In this document: positions 22,187 through 32,952 of the stretch, piece by piece | Numbering within the stretch: position 1 is the first letter of the stretch | Layout: the number at the start of each line of letters is the position of its first letter | Source of the DNA: Phoronis australis | Lineage: Eukaryota; Animalia; Phoronida | Direction of reading: 5' to 3' | Length of the DNA: 64,000 nucleotides | Assembly: GCA_002633005.1 (NCBI GenBank) | Contig: NMRA01000015.1 | Coordinates: forward strand, 689,748 to 753,747 | The notes under the pieces: model-generated | Database searches by the model: none | Told to the model about the DNA's origin: nothing | What the model saw: the letters and a program-made list of their open reading frames with translations, nothing else | Program-made: the position numbers and the translations under genes

Positions 22187-23870
22187 TTTTTTATGCGCCC
22201 ACATATTTATATGGGGGTCGCATATTGCTGTCATCTCTGTCTGGGCGTCCGCAGCTGTATCTCCTAAACCCTCACAGGATCTTGATGAGATTTGGCAGAT
22301 GGCTTCCTATTAAGCTGACGACGAATGACGACATATTTCGAACCTCTCCGACTACGGATATGCCCCCTAGTGGCAATTTTAGTTTTTTACGCTCACCTCT
22401 GTGTCATCGGAGGTACTCACTGTATTTTCACAAAATTTGGAATATAGGGATCTATTAATTAGATGACACTATCCTCTTGTTTTTGGATGGATTTGACGTA
22501 GTTCGCGCTACTTAGTGGCCGTTTTTACTGTTTTCGGATCTGTTTTTTTGACGTCCACTCCTCTATTAACCAAACCGCTCTTAGGATGATTTTGAAAATT
22601 GTCATGTATGTTCCTACTATGAAAAGTATGGCTGACAATGATTTTCTGATGACTTCGACTACTGTGGCGCCTCTTAGTGGCAGTTTTGTTTTTGTTCTTT
22701 GCGCCCATGGCTGTATCTCCTAAACCGTTTGCAGGTTCTTTTCTAAATTTAGCAAGTGCATTGATATGATGCTGACAACCGACAAGGATGATGTCTTTAG
22801 CACAGATGTTTTCACCAGTGTGCTACCTAGTGGTAATTTTAGTTTTTTACATTGGACATTTTTACTGTTTTTGGCAACCAAACCATTCTAAGGCAGATAT
22901 TGGAAATTGGCGTATATGGTCTCAGTGTGAAGAGGACAGTTGAAGATGATGACGCCGACTACTGTGGCATCCAACATTTATATGAAATTCCATATCAAAT
23001 GCACATTTGATATGGAAAAGGGGTGGTTTTGTTTTGTTTTGCGCCCATAGCTGTATCTTCTTAACCCATTGTCGAATCTTTATTAAATTCAGTAAGTGTA
23101 TTTAATAGGAAGCTAATAATAGATGACAACTTTCAGGCGGACACTGTGCCCCCTAGTGGCAGTTTCATTGTTTCTGTTTTCTTTTGTTTTTTTGAAGTTC
23201 TTTGTCAGATTTTTATGAAATTTAGTAAATAGCGTTTTATTGAAGAAGCAATGTCAAGTTCCATTTGCAGTTGGATTGGACGTTTTGCTCCATCTAGTGG
23301 TCATTTTTATGATACAAATAAACAACTCTAGAAGCACAGGGTTTGGGGTGCATTTGTGGGTGCATTTCAACCCTTTGCGTTGCTCTTGTCATGAAATTTG
23401 GCAAACAAGTCTGTAGTATAAAGACGACTAAACCTGTCCTTAAGTGACCAATTTAATTATTTTTAGACTGTTTTTATTGCCTGTTTTTGTATTTACTAAA
23501 CCACTTAGAGGATCATTATGAAAATTGGCAGATGTGTTCCTGCTGAGATGAATTTTGAAACGGCTCCTGACCAACTACTGTAATGGCCCCTAGTGACATT
23601 TTTTCGCATCTACCGATGTATTTCCAAAACTCTTTGGAAGATGTCTTTGAAATTTCTAATGACATTTTTTTATGTTTGCCTTTGTTCTGTGAGGGATTTT
23701 CGTGTAATGTGGCGACTAGTTTTGAGAGATAACGACACCTTCCCATTTTTGAACGGGTTCAATGTACTTTCTGCCATCTAGTGGCTATTTTTATGATACA
23801 GAAGCACAGTAGAAGCATGCTGATTGTGGTGAAATGGTGGGAGCATTTTAATGCTGGGGTTGCTCTTGTT
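22187..23870 (+). mobile_element. Helentron-type non-autonomous element(s) with long degenerate internal repeats; related 5' fragment at about 8641..8790
   Basis: Start ttttttatgcgcccacat...gggggtcgcatattgctgtcatctctgtctg (also seen at 8641..8700); recurring gctgtatctcctaaacc, gaaatttggca and ccccctagtggcaatttt units; ends in ttgctcttgt at 23389 and 23870. Confidence 0.6.
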
Positions 23871-26807
23871 GACATTTTAACAATCTGTTATTAACTAAGC
23901 CACATGACCATGTTTTTAGTAAAATTTAGCAAACCGTACATTGAGGGCAAAGCTATGACCATATCAATAACACCTTCAAATTTCATTTGATATCAAAAAC
24001 ACTGTTCAAAGCTTGGAATTTTCCTTTTTTAAGAGGAATTTCCTCTTTTTTCGTTTCAATTCTGTCGTTTTCATTTCTTATTTGATTTCCAGTTTCCTCT
24101 ATTTTCGTCTGCTTTTTATCATTACTTTGACTTTGTTTATGTAAAAGAGTTAATTTCAGTTAAATTTTACTTCACAAAAAATATTGCTATCACACCAGCC
24201 TATTTTTGTGGATCGATACATCGTCTGGTAAAATTTCCGCTTTTTGTCGCTGTTCATTCCAAGCCCTGCTTCGTGTTGAGAAAACGATGAACTTCATTCG
24301 GTCCGCCGTGACACCGCGTGGAACATGAGCGCTAGTTTGCCTTATAAAGAAACGAAGCAAAATATTCCAGGATTCGAAGCAATGGTTTTCATAGGTGGCG
24401 CTTCATGGTCTTCAACAAAATTTTTAAAAATCGAAATTTGTTTCAAAGAAGTAGTTTCTGGTGATAAGAACCGACAACTTATGGGTGGAGACTATGATCA
24501 GGATAGTTACTTAATGAGAAGTCCGTCGTCAATGAACTGTCAGCCGGTCGCTACAAGTCCTGGAACGCCCTGGAATCTGATTTCAGGACAAGTGGAGATC
24601 AATTTGTTATGGTACTTAGTCTTTATGACTCGAGTATATTTTTGTCAGAAGGTGGAGTCATGACATTTTTTGGTTTGTACACGTTTGTTGTCATCATTAT
24701 TAAGTTCTGTCATTGTATTTGTTTTTGTTGAAATTGATATAAAGAGGTGAAAATAAATGATTTATCGTTTGCATTTGCTGTTTAGAAATACTACACTTGC
24801 TGCTGAGGCGGTCGCATGTTGGCAGTTTTTAGCAAAATATGTATTTACGATTTTAATTACAAAATTTATCGCTACAGTTATTAAACCTCTGACAAGAAAA
24901 AACGGGGCAGCTGGAAACGTTGCGGTTGGGATTAGCGCATCGGTTTGGGTCGGTTTCAAAAATGTACGGAGGGATCTTTACAATCCTAGCAACGATGACT
25001 TGATCAAACATGGGCCTCTGCTACCTGCCTGCTCGCCCATTTTTGACGTAGAAACTTAGTTTTGACAACTATTAATCAGTACTTGTACGTTTGTGTTGTG
25101 ATAGTTTGTAAGAAAGAGCACTGTGATAAATTTTTGTGTTAATATTGTACAGAATGACGGTAGGGGGCATTATGTAATATTTCACATGTTATCTGAATAT
25201 TTAAAGTCGCAAATACACAAACGGAAACAAACTGTAATCGTTCTGCAAACTTCCATTATATTACGCTTTGTGCAACCTATCTATGTGACGAGATTAAAGC
25301 AACGAATTACTCTAGGCCTTCGCCAGTGTTATCTCTGTTCCTTATTTTACTCTGAAGGAAATCGTAATTCCGGGTACAGTCTACACATTCAGTCACAAGG
25401 GTTTCGGCACGGGCTTTCCATAGACAGCCGTTGCTCTAAGTTGAAGGTGGACGTTTTCGCACACAAACTTGCGCAGTTGCATACTGTATTCAGTGCGTGA
25501 ATCAAAGGTTCACGACAGAGGAACAATTGTGAGTAATTTGTCCTAACATTTACAAATTTATCATAGGTACGTTGGTATTTTTGAAAGACTTGTTTTTCTT
25601 CCAAAAGGAATGTTACCTGTTCGTTTTAGCTATTTTACTAAATATATAAAAGACGCATTTAATCTAGTTATAGAAAGTAAAATCGTGGATTTGCATAAAT
25701 TTACATAAGGCCATGATGAAATTGATAGTACTTACAATTTCTCGAACCGGGAGTTTGTCGCAGACATAGTGTAGGTTGTGCTCTCCAGTCCATGCGCGCA
25801 CCCGAGGGGGAGGTCTCAGAGAAGCAAAAAGTCCGAGAAAACGAGACGAATGTCCACAGGCATTCGGCGCGACTGCACAATTAATACGTTGCCTGAACGT
25901 AGTAGGCATACCCCGCTTTTTTAGTCTCCGTTTTTCAGTAAAAGGTACACATACTGAAAAATTCGAGCCCCCCCCCTATGTTTTGGTCACACACAGTGTT
26001 TGTACGACTTGCTCTTTGACACAGTCCTACACAATTCTGGTTTGGTGATTACTTTTGCTAATTTCTTTAAACGTGATCAACTAAAATCCTCAAATAGCTT
26101 TCAAAGTTAATGAAACATGCCAAATTGTTTTAAAAAACACTTTCAAAGCTTCAAAAAGGTAACTTTCCTTGTTAGGTACAAAAATCGTTGGTTGTCGCGC
26201 TAATTTTTTGGTTGTGCTTCACGTTTCAAGCTAACACCCGAACTTGAAAACTACCGCATAAATAAACAATTCGTTCCTACACTTACAAGCATGACTTACG
26301 AACCCGATAACCTTAATTCGTCGTCTTATAAGCATGGGTCAGCGACTGCCAAACGCTGCGCCTCAGATTAAAAAAGAAGAAAAAAATCACGGAACGGTCA
26401 TAGGAGTTAGTGAGCTGTGTTTGTGAGTCCGTGGAACACGATCATGGGAGTTAGTGAGTACGAGTTTTTGGGTGTGCAAGTCGTCTTTTAGGAGTCCAGT
26501 AGCGTGCTTGGCGGTCGGTTAACCAAGTTTGTGCGTCTGAAAACTTGGTTTACCAGTGAGCTGCGTTTATAACTAAAGGAATTGCGTTTGTGGGTGGAGC
26601 AGGCGTGTTTAACAGGCAGCTTGGGGTTAGAGGCCTTCTCGGATTAGTTACGTTTTTGTAAAAATTTACGGGAATGTTCAGCTTTGGCATGAATTTTTGG
26701 TCTTTCGAATTCTGTTGATGCTGAAAAACACCTTCTATTTGGTTTTCAAAAATAGTAAAAAAAATTGTAGGACATAAAAAGTGTTAAAAATAGTTTTCAT
26801 AGTTACA

Positions 26808-26926
26808 ATTATTGTATTGGTGACGCTCACTTAGTCATTATTATTGTATTAGTGACGATCACTTAGTTATCATTATTGTATTGATGACGCTCACTTAGTT
26901 ACTATTATTGTATTGGTGACGCTCAT
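26808..26926. repeat. Tandem repeat, 32-bp unit (attattgtattggtgacgctcacttagt...), 4 copies
   Basis: TGACG cores at 26821, 26853, 26885 and 26917. Confidence 0.9.
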
Positions 26927-28173
26927 TTGCCACTTAAATAACACTTATGTTAATCACTATCCCATTACTTTATATTTTAAAGTTAATAAATTCATACATA
27001 TAATTCAGGCTTATAAAGGTATGACCGGAGAGAAACTGTTACTTCCAATACCCCACAGTGTCATATTAACACTCATTTAGCTTAGCGTGGGAAAGATCGG
27101 ACCGCCTTTAATTCCGTTATATGGTTTCAAATTGTTCTGTCAAAAATTAAGGTACACCTTGTTTGATTTTGCATTGGGGCTAATCTCTAATTCTTTGACC
27201 ATTATGATCACCAGAATACTCTGTATCAGGTGTACACACCAGACTGACATATATACGATGTCGTGATAACTCTTGCTATCAAAAGATCTTTCAAATGCCA
27301 TAAATTTTACTTCAAGATCTTTCAAAAACAGCACACAAGTGCCTACGACGCCTCAGTCTACGCGAACACTTGTTTCCTACGAACGTCCTTACTCTGCTAG
27401 TTCTACAGGTAGATTTAACACAGGATTTATGGTTACGCTATTTCTTCAGAGATAATTACCGGCAGTACACAACTTCTAGTTCTTTGAACGTTAAATTTGA
27501 TTCAGCTTATAAACTTAACCTGTTCGATTTTGCATTAAGGAAATTAATATTTTGTTTCCTTGTCTACGCTGTAATATTGTAGGCCTGTTATCGAAGTTGT
27601 GCACAGAAAGTAGGCCTACAAGGAAATATAGTTGTTACGACGTAAAATGTCAACAACTGTTGCATAATCAACTAGTGACCCTGTTACAAATTTAGGTTAA
27701 ATTTGTTCAAGATAGAAATGAAAATGATAGTCCCATATCAGAACAAGTTCCCTTGTCGGTGGGCATGCGTCAGGTAGCATCAAACAAGCAGTATAAATTT
27801 CATATCTGCACCTTAAACTCCACACACGCACCGGAAATACGCCACACCTGGTGAACAAACCCCCATACCCGGGTACAGCCAGATTCATAGCTCGAATCCA
27901 TGGTCCGGCCATGGAGTTTCATTCTCATGGTGACAGTAGGAAGTAGGCCTATCCTTTAATCGGCGCGTGTTTGTGTCGAGGTTAGCATGAATGAGGGCGC
28001 GGGTATGGTATTTGCAATGCGAGTTTGGTGTTTGTTGGTTTGGAATTAGGGTTTAGGGGTTCGATGCTGGAATTTAGAGGCCCGGCCATGGAATTGTTTC
28101 CACCTCACCAGAATAATTTTCATTCATTTCTTTCAGATCTATCAAAGTCCTAAATACTGGAACAGTCACCGAC

Positions 28174-29031
28174 ATGTCCGCAAGCCCACATTCTGAAACA
28201 GCAGAAGATTTGGATAGAAGGATAAAAAAGAAGTGCACGATATCTGAGCTCAAGGCTCGTGAAAAAAACAAACTTCTCGATCAGAGACTCCACAACAACA
28301 CGGAAAGCGATTTGGAAAAGGAATGTCATGGGAATCTGATGTACAACAGCAGACGTCGGTTTTCTTTAAGAAGACGTCTGCTATCGTTTCAGGAAGAAGC
28401 TCAGCAACCGAAGTTAAAGTCTTTGGAGAAGAACGGTGAACTGAAGGGACAGCCGCTGGCTGAATATGTCAAGCTTAATCATATGAATACGAGAGTGCGC
28501 AGGAAGCACACGTCAAGTTTAGGGTCTCTTTCTGTTCTGCGGCCGTCTGCTAGTTTACCACAAGACTTGCATATGATCACATCTGCCTCAAAAGAGACGA
28601 CTCTAAATTTGGCAAGATGCTCCGGAAAAAAGAAAAGAGCAAAGCCGTCTAATAAGCTGACGAGCCCCAACGACAAAACTAGGGACAAAAAGACGTTCGA
28701 TTTTGAAGACATCGACAGAGCACTATCAGTGTCGTTAGAAGATTTGAGAGACAGCGTGTCGTCAGGAGAATCTGCAAATACTTCGCCTGCAAATACCAGA
28801 AGGAACGTGAATGTATACAGTCCGTCATGGGTGGAAAATAAGGATCAAATGAAAGGCAATGACAGTTATGACAAACATGAAATTGACAAATCAGAAACAA
28901 ACTTTTTGGAAGTGCCTCCGTTTACGGAGAAGTCCAACTGTTTGTTGGATAGGAAAAAGTCTTTCGATGCTATGCTCGATAGAGCACGCGAAAAGCTGAC
29001 GGAGTATCGGACTGGCCAGCGCCCAAAATAA
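28174..29031 (+). CDS. Uncharacterised 285-aa basic/Ser-rich protein, predicted N-terminal coiled coil and disordered remainder
   Basis: 858-nt non-repetitive ORF, purine-rich and more GC-rich than its flanks, preceded by a strong acceptor (ttttcattcatttctttcag, exon start 28137). The 37 nt before the ATG are also open in frame, so the N-terminus may extend into an upstream exon. No recognisable domain. Confidence 0.75.
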   Translation: MSASPHSETAEDLDRRIKKKCTISELKAREKNKLLDQRLHNNTESDLEKECHGNLMYNSRRRFSLRRRLLSFQEEAQQPKLKSLEKNGELKGQPLAEYVKLNHMNTRVRRKHTSSLGSLSVLRPSASLPQDLHMITSASKETTLNLARCSGKKKRAKPSNKLTSPNDKTRDKKTFDFEDIDRALSVSLEDLRDSVSSGESANTSPANTRRNVNVYSPSWVENKDQMKGNDSYDKHEIDKSETNFLEVPPFTEKSNCLLDRKKSFDAMLDRAREKLTEYRTGQRPK

Positions 29032-29164
29032 GGCAACTAATTTCTGATTATGTTCTCTCCTTATAATATATTCGGTGATAAATGCGTTTAATTTCAACAA
29101 AGTGGAAAAATATTTAGGTCTGGTGCGAGGTCTCATTACAAAGCATCCCGCTGCATACTAGTAA

Positions 29165-29510
29165 AGCTACATTTCGCCCTGCTTGGCTAGCTATTAAACG
29201 AAAATCGAATTAGATTATTTACTGTCATGAAACTGGCTTTTACATTCCTTGCCGTGATGTGATTCTATTTCCGTTTTCCAACTCAAATCACAGGTAATGC
29301 GTAACGCGTCATTTTAGAATTCGCTATTTTAAGGTTGGTCTACCCCAATAAAATCCAAAGTCATCTCTTGTCTTACTGATGATCTCGATGATCTTGTTGG
29401 CATCGGAAATAGAATCCTATCACGGTAAGGAATATTATGAGACTGATTTCATGTGCGTAAAAAACTAATTCACTTTTCATCTTTAGCGGAAACAGGGCGA
29501 AATACAGATT
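29165..29510. mobile_element. Kolobok-like palindromic MITE just downstream of the 285-aa ORF; related copies at about 37340..37620 and 39780..40120
   Basis: Arms atttcgccctg...cattccttgccgtgatgtgattctatttccg and cggaaatagaatcctatcacggtaaggaat...cagggcgaaat are inverted; the same arm and loop sequences recur in the other two copies in opposite orientation. Confidence 0.7.
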
Positions 29511-31589
29511 TAAAAAGTTCAATACCTCTACGAGTCGACGGCCAACTTGAGCCCGCTTGTGCCCGGGTATTGGGAATCTAAAGAATCCAGTTTTCTACAA
29601 AGTCGACTTCATTTCTATAAATTTTGATTTGAGATTGTGGCGCGGGGTTATAACATAATTGACCGCAGTATCCTTTCTTAATTTGTATCTGTTTTGGAAA
29701 ATATGAGTTACACAGTTTCTATTTTAAGTATAACCTGCGTAATCTGCTTATCACAACGAGATGAAATGGTCGCAGTTGTGTTAGCTTGTCACGTGCACTC
29801 GGTGAATTGGTGGCAATAAATTACAGGAATAGGACGTTTTTGTGCATAACCCGACGTTTAATATATTTCCTATTTTATATTGTTGGCAAACACTCACTGA
29901 TGTGTTTTAGTACTCTTTTACTTGCTTATGCCCGGTCTGTTTGATGATGGAATTCACATTGTGCCAAAGACGGAAGGCTTGAGACATCGAGTAACCTGGT
30001 TTACACATTGCCTTTAGATAATGAGTTATAATAAAATGTCGTCTGCCAGACATGTCACTATAATAAAAACAATGAATGGTGAATTTTTGTTTGTTTTTTT
30101 CTGGAAATGAGTCATACGTCACAAAATTATATGTTGATTATGCAACATATTTTATAACGACTGAACATCACGAATAAGTCGAGTGATTCTTCTGATTTCC
30201 ATTGTCAGACCAATCTTACGGGGTTTTTCGGTGGATTTTTCTGCCGATTCATATATCAACTGTCAATACAAACGCAACACTCCTTGAAGAAATCTTGACC
30301 TATATTTCTACCTTTATTGATATATGTATGAACGTAACGCAAACGGATGTTTACCTGCTAGTGCATTCATTGGCGGGTAAGAAAGGACACCGACTAGAGG
30401 AGCTAGGATGTTGAATCTCGGTAGTAATGAGACCATCCTCGAATAGATTTTTTTAGAAAAAAGACATTTTATGGCCTTTTGGTAATAATTAGCAGGCATG
30501 AGCTATGACGTAAATTCAGCGTTATGACCTGGTCAAAAGGGGGCGCTTGTCTTACCCCCGTAAGTGGTTTATATCACTCTTTCCAAATTGTATGTTTGTT
30601 GACAACTATGCTAATATATTGATAAAAGCAATATACGTTTCGGGCTCGCAGTGTTTCTATTGGTTTACCATATCAGAAATATCGCTTATGACTCTTAACG
30701 TCAACATGACAACGACCTAGTCTTTTTTCGAAAAAAACATATTTTATGTAATAGTATTTTTTAAATTGCAGGTGGTCTGATACACGCGCAGGCCTCGCAT
30801 GTGGGCCCATTGCACTGATCACCTGGAAATATTTTATGCTTTATTAATATATGGTTAAAACCGAGCTGAGGAGCTAGAAACCTGGATCAAGATTTTAGCA
30901 GTGTGACCTAGTGGAACTCGAACCCACGAAATAGTAATTTTTACTCTATTACTTAGCATTCTTATATCTGTCTCAAATAATTGTCACCAGGAACGTCACT
31001 TTCTGAGAGATGATTTCGTAGTCGACAAGAAAACACACACTGAATTTCAGTTTACGAAATATTCATATTTCAGTGATGCCTTCCAATCTATTCTATGCTC
31101 TAGGGTGAAAATAAGGAAACATCTTCGAGTAATCGCGTGTCGGGAAAAATGATAAAAATAGCAATGCCTGTCCATTAGGTTTCATGAACAGACGTTGCAA
31201 TATGTCAAGACATCATACTGAATAAACTGGAACTCAATGACATTTTATCTTTTTGAGCTACCTGGACGCTACAAACTGCCTTGCTGGTGTTTGTACCCGC
31301 CGAGCTGATTTGGTGCACAAGACCAAGGTTGACCGTTCAATTATCACTTACGCGAAGACTTTTTGAGGAAAAAAGCTAAGGAGTTTCTTTGGAATGAAGA
31401 CTCGTTTAAAAACGAGTTCTGGAATTTAAAATTATCTTAAATTGTCGGTTTCGTAACTGCGCCAATAGAAAGCTTGGCGTAACTATAATATCTTTGCCAG
31501 CAGCGAATGTGACATAAAGTGAGGCTTATCCTTGCTGTCCGTAAGCCAACCAACATCGTCTGCGGCAATGACCGTAAATAAACTTCCAT

Positions 31590-31900
31590 CTTGTGAACTA
31601 TAGGTGGCGTCATCAGCTTATCTCCGTGGCTTACTCTGGTACCCGTGGTACTTCTGCGGCGGGTACCAGCAAACTAGTCCGCCGCTTTGACGCTTTTTAT
31701 ACAGCAAACTGCTTACTGACTAAATTGCACTTTCTTGTGCTTGCAGAGTATTTAATTGAATTAGTTTTTGCACTCATGAAATAGGGATCACTGAGTCATT
31801 ATACTTCACTGTTGATTACCTGTGTAGTATTCGATCACCTGTATTCGTTACGACTCACACCGGAAGTATACAAGATCAGTAAAGTTGACCTGAAAGGTAG
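31590..31900 (+). promoter_or_regulatory. Candidate housekeeping-type promoter and first non-coding exon of an unannotated + strand gene
   Basis: CpG-rich segment with a perfect ETS motif ACCGGAAGT (31859..31867) and a splice donor AAAG|GTAGGT (31896/31897), followed by a switch to CpG-poor, T/G-skewed sequence. Confidence 0.45.
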
Positions 31901-32681
31901 GTTACGACTGTAATTATTCCGCAGTTTTACCCATTAAATCGTTGTCGTAAAGATTTCTGGATGAATGAGAGACTTGCACACCAATTTAACACCCGAGGGT
32001 CTTGTTTATACGTACTTGAAGACATTACGAATCACTTTTTGATCCAAGAACCTTAGTTTTGGTTTGATATCGCTGTCCGATTTCTTTGCCTTGTCATAGA
32101 TGCACCGTGTCGCCTGTCGGTGATATAGAACATTGTCTATTGTCTTTGCGGCGACGATGATCTACCTGCACTTTGAGAAACTTTTCTGGAGAGTTAGTTT
32201 TGCACTTTTCAGTGTTGCTGTAATATGACAGTGTGGTAAGTACTGTAGCCACAGGCATGCCAACGTCCTTATTTTGTTTAGATGATTACATGATACTTAA
32301 AGTGATAAAAGCCACAAGTGCTAAAGTTAAACCTGAATTTACCGCTGTTGTAAATTTCATATTGTACCTTTTTAGCAATGAAAAGTTTTCATACAGGTTA
32401 TTGTTGGTTTTCCTGTTTTAACCCTTTTCAAAATTTGAGGACTTTGTGATGAACAATTCCTTCGTATGTATCTTTCTCAACCTGTTTCATATAGTGTTTG
32501 TAAATAATCTTCCTCTGGGATCATTTCTCTGTTTATTGTATATGTAAATATATGTAAATATATGTAGGAGCACTTGTGGTAATGTTTGTTTGGCTACCTC
32601 ATGCCCTGTAAACTAAATGTTTTGCTTACTTATTTACTTGCTAGAAATTTCTTTGAGTCTAAGATAGTTGTTTTAACTTAA

Positions 32682-32952
32682 TCATTATCATTGTGTTGTC
32701 ATTATCATTGTGCTGTCATTATCATTGTGTTGTCATTGTCATTGTGTTGTCATTATCATTGTGTTGTCATTATCATTGTGTTGTCATTATCATTGTGTTG
32801 TCATTGTCATTGTGTTGTCATTGTCATTGTGTTGTCATTGTCATTGTGTTGTCATCATCATTGTGTTGTCATCATCATTGGGTTGTCATTATCATTGTGT
32901 TGTCATTATCTTTGTGCTGTCATTATCATTGTGTTATCATTATCATTGTGCT
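32682..32952. repeat. Minisatellite, 17-bp unit TCATTATCATTGTGTTG, about 16 copies
   Basis: Directly visible; source of three spurious Cys/His/Ile ORFs. Confidence 0.95.

Noticed and set aside
24325-26048. Several 65-125 aa ORFs in the CpG-rich intergenic region
   Set aside because: No motifs, overlapping on both strands and no consistent splice structure; consistent with chance ORFs.
30870-30930. tRNA-like T-arm on the - strand (GTGGGTTCGAGTTCCAC)
   Set aside because: No D-arm, anticodon arm or matching acceptor stem; at most a SINE or tRNA fragment.
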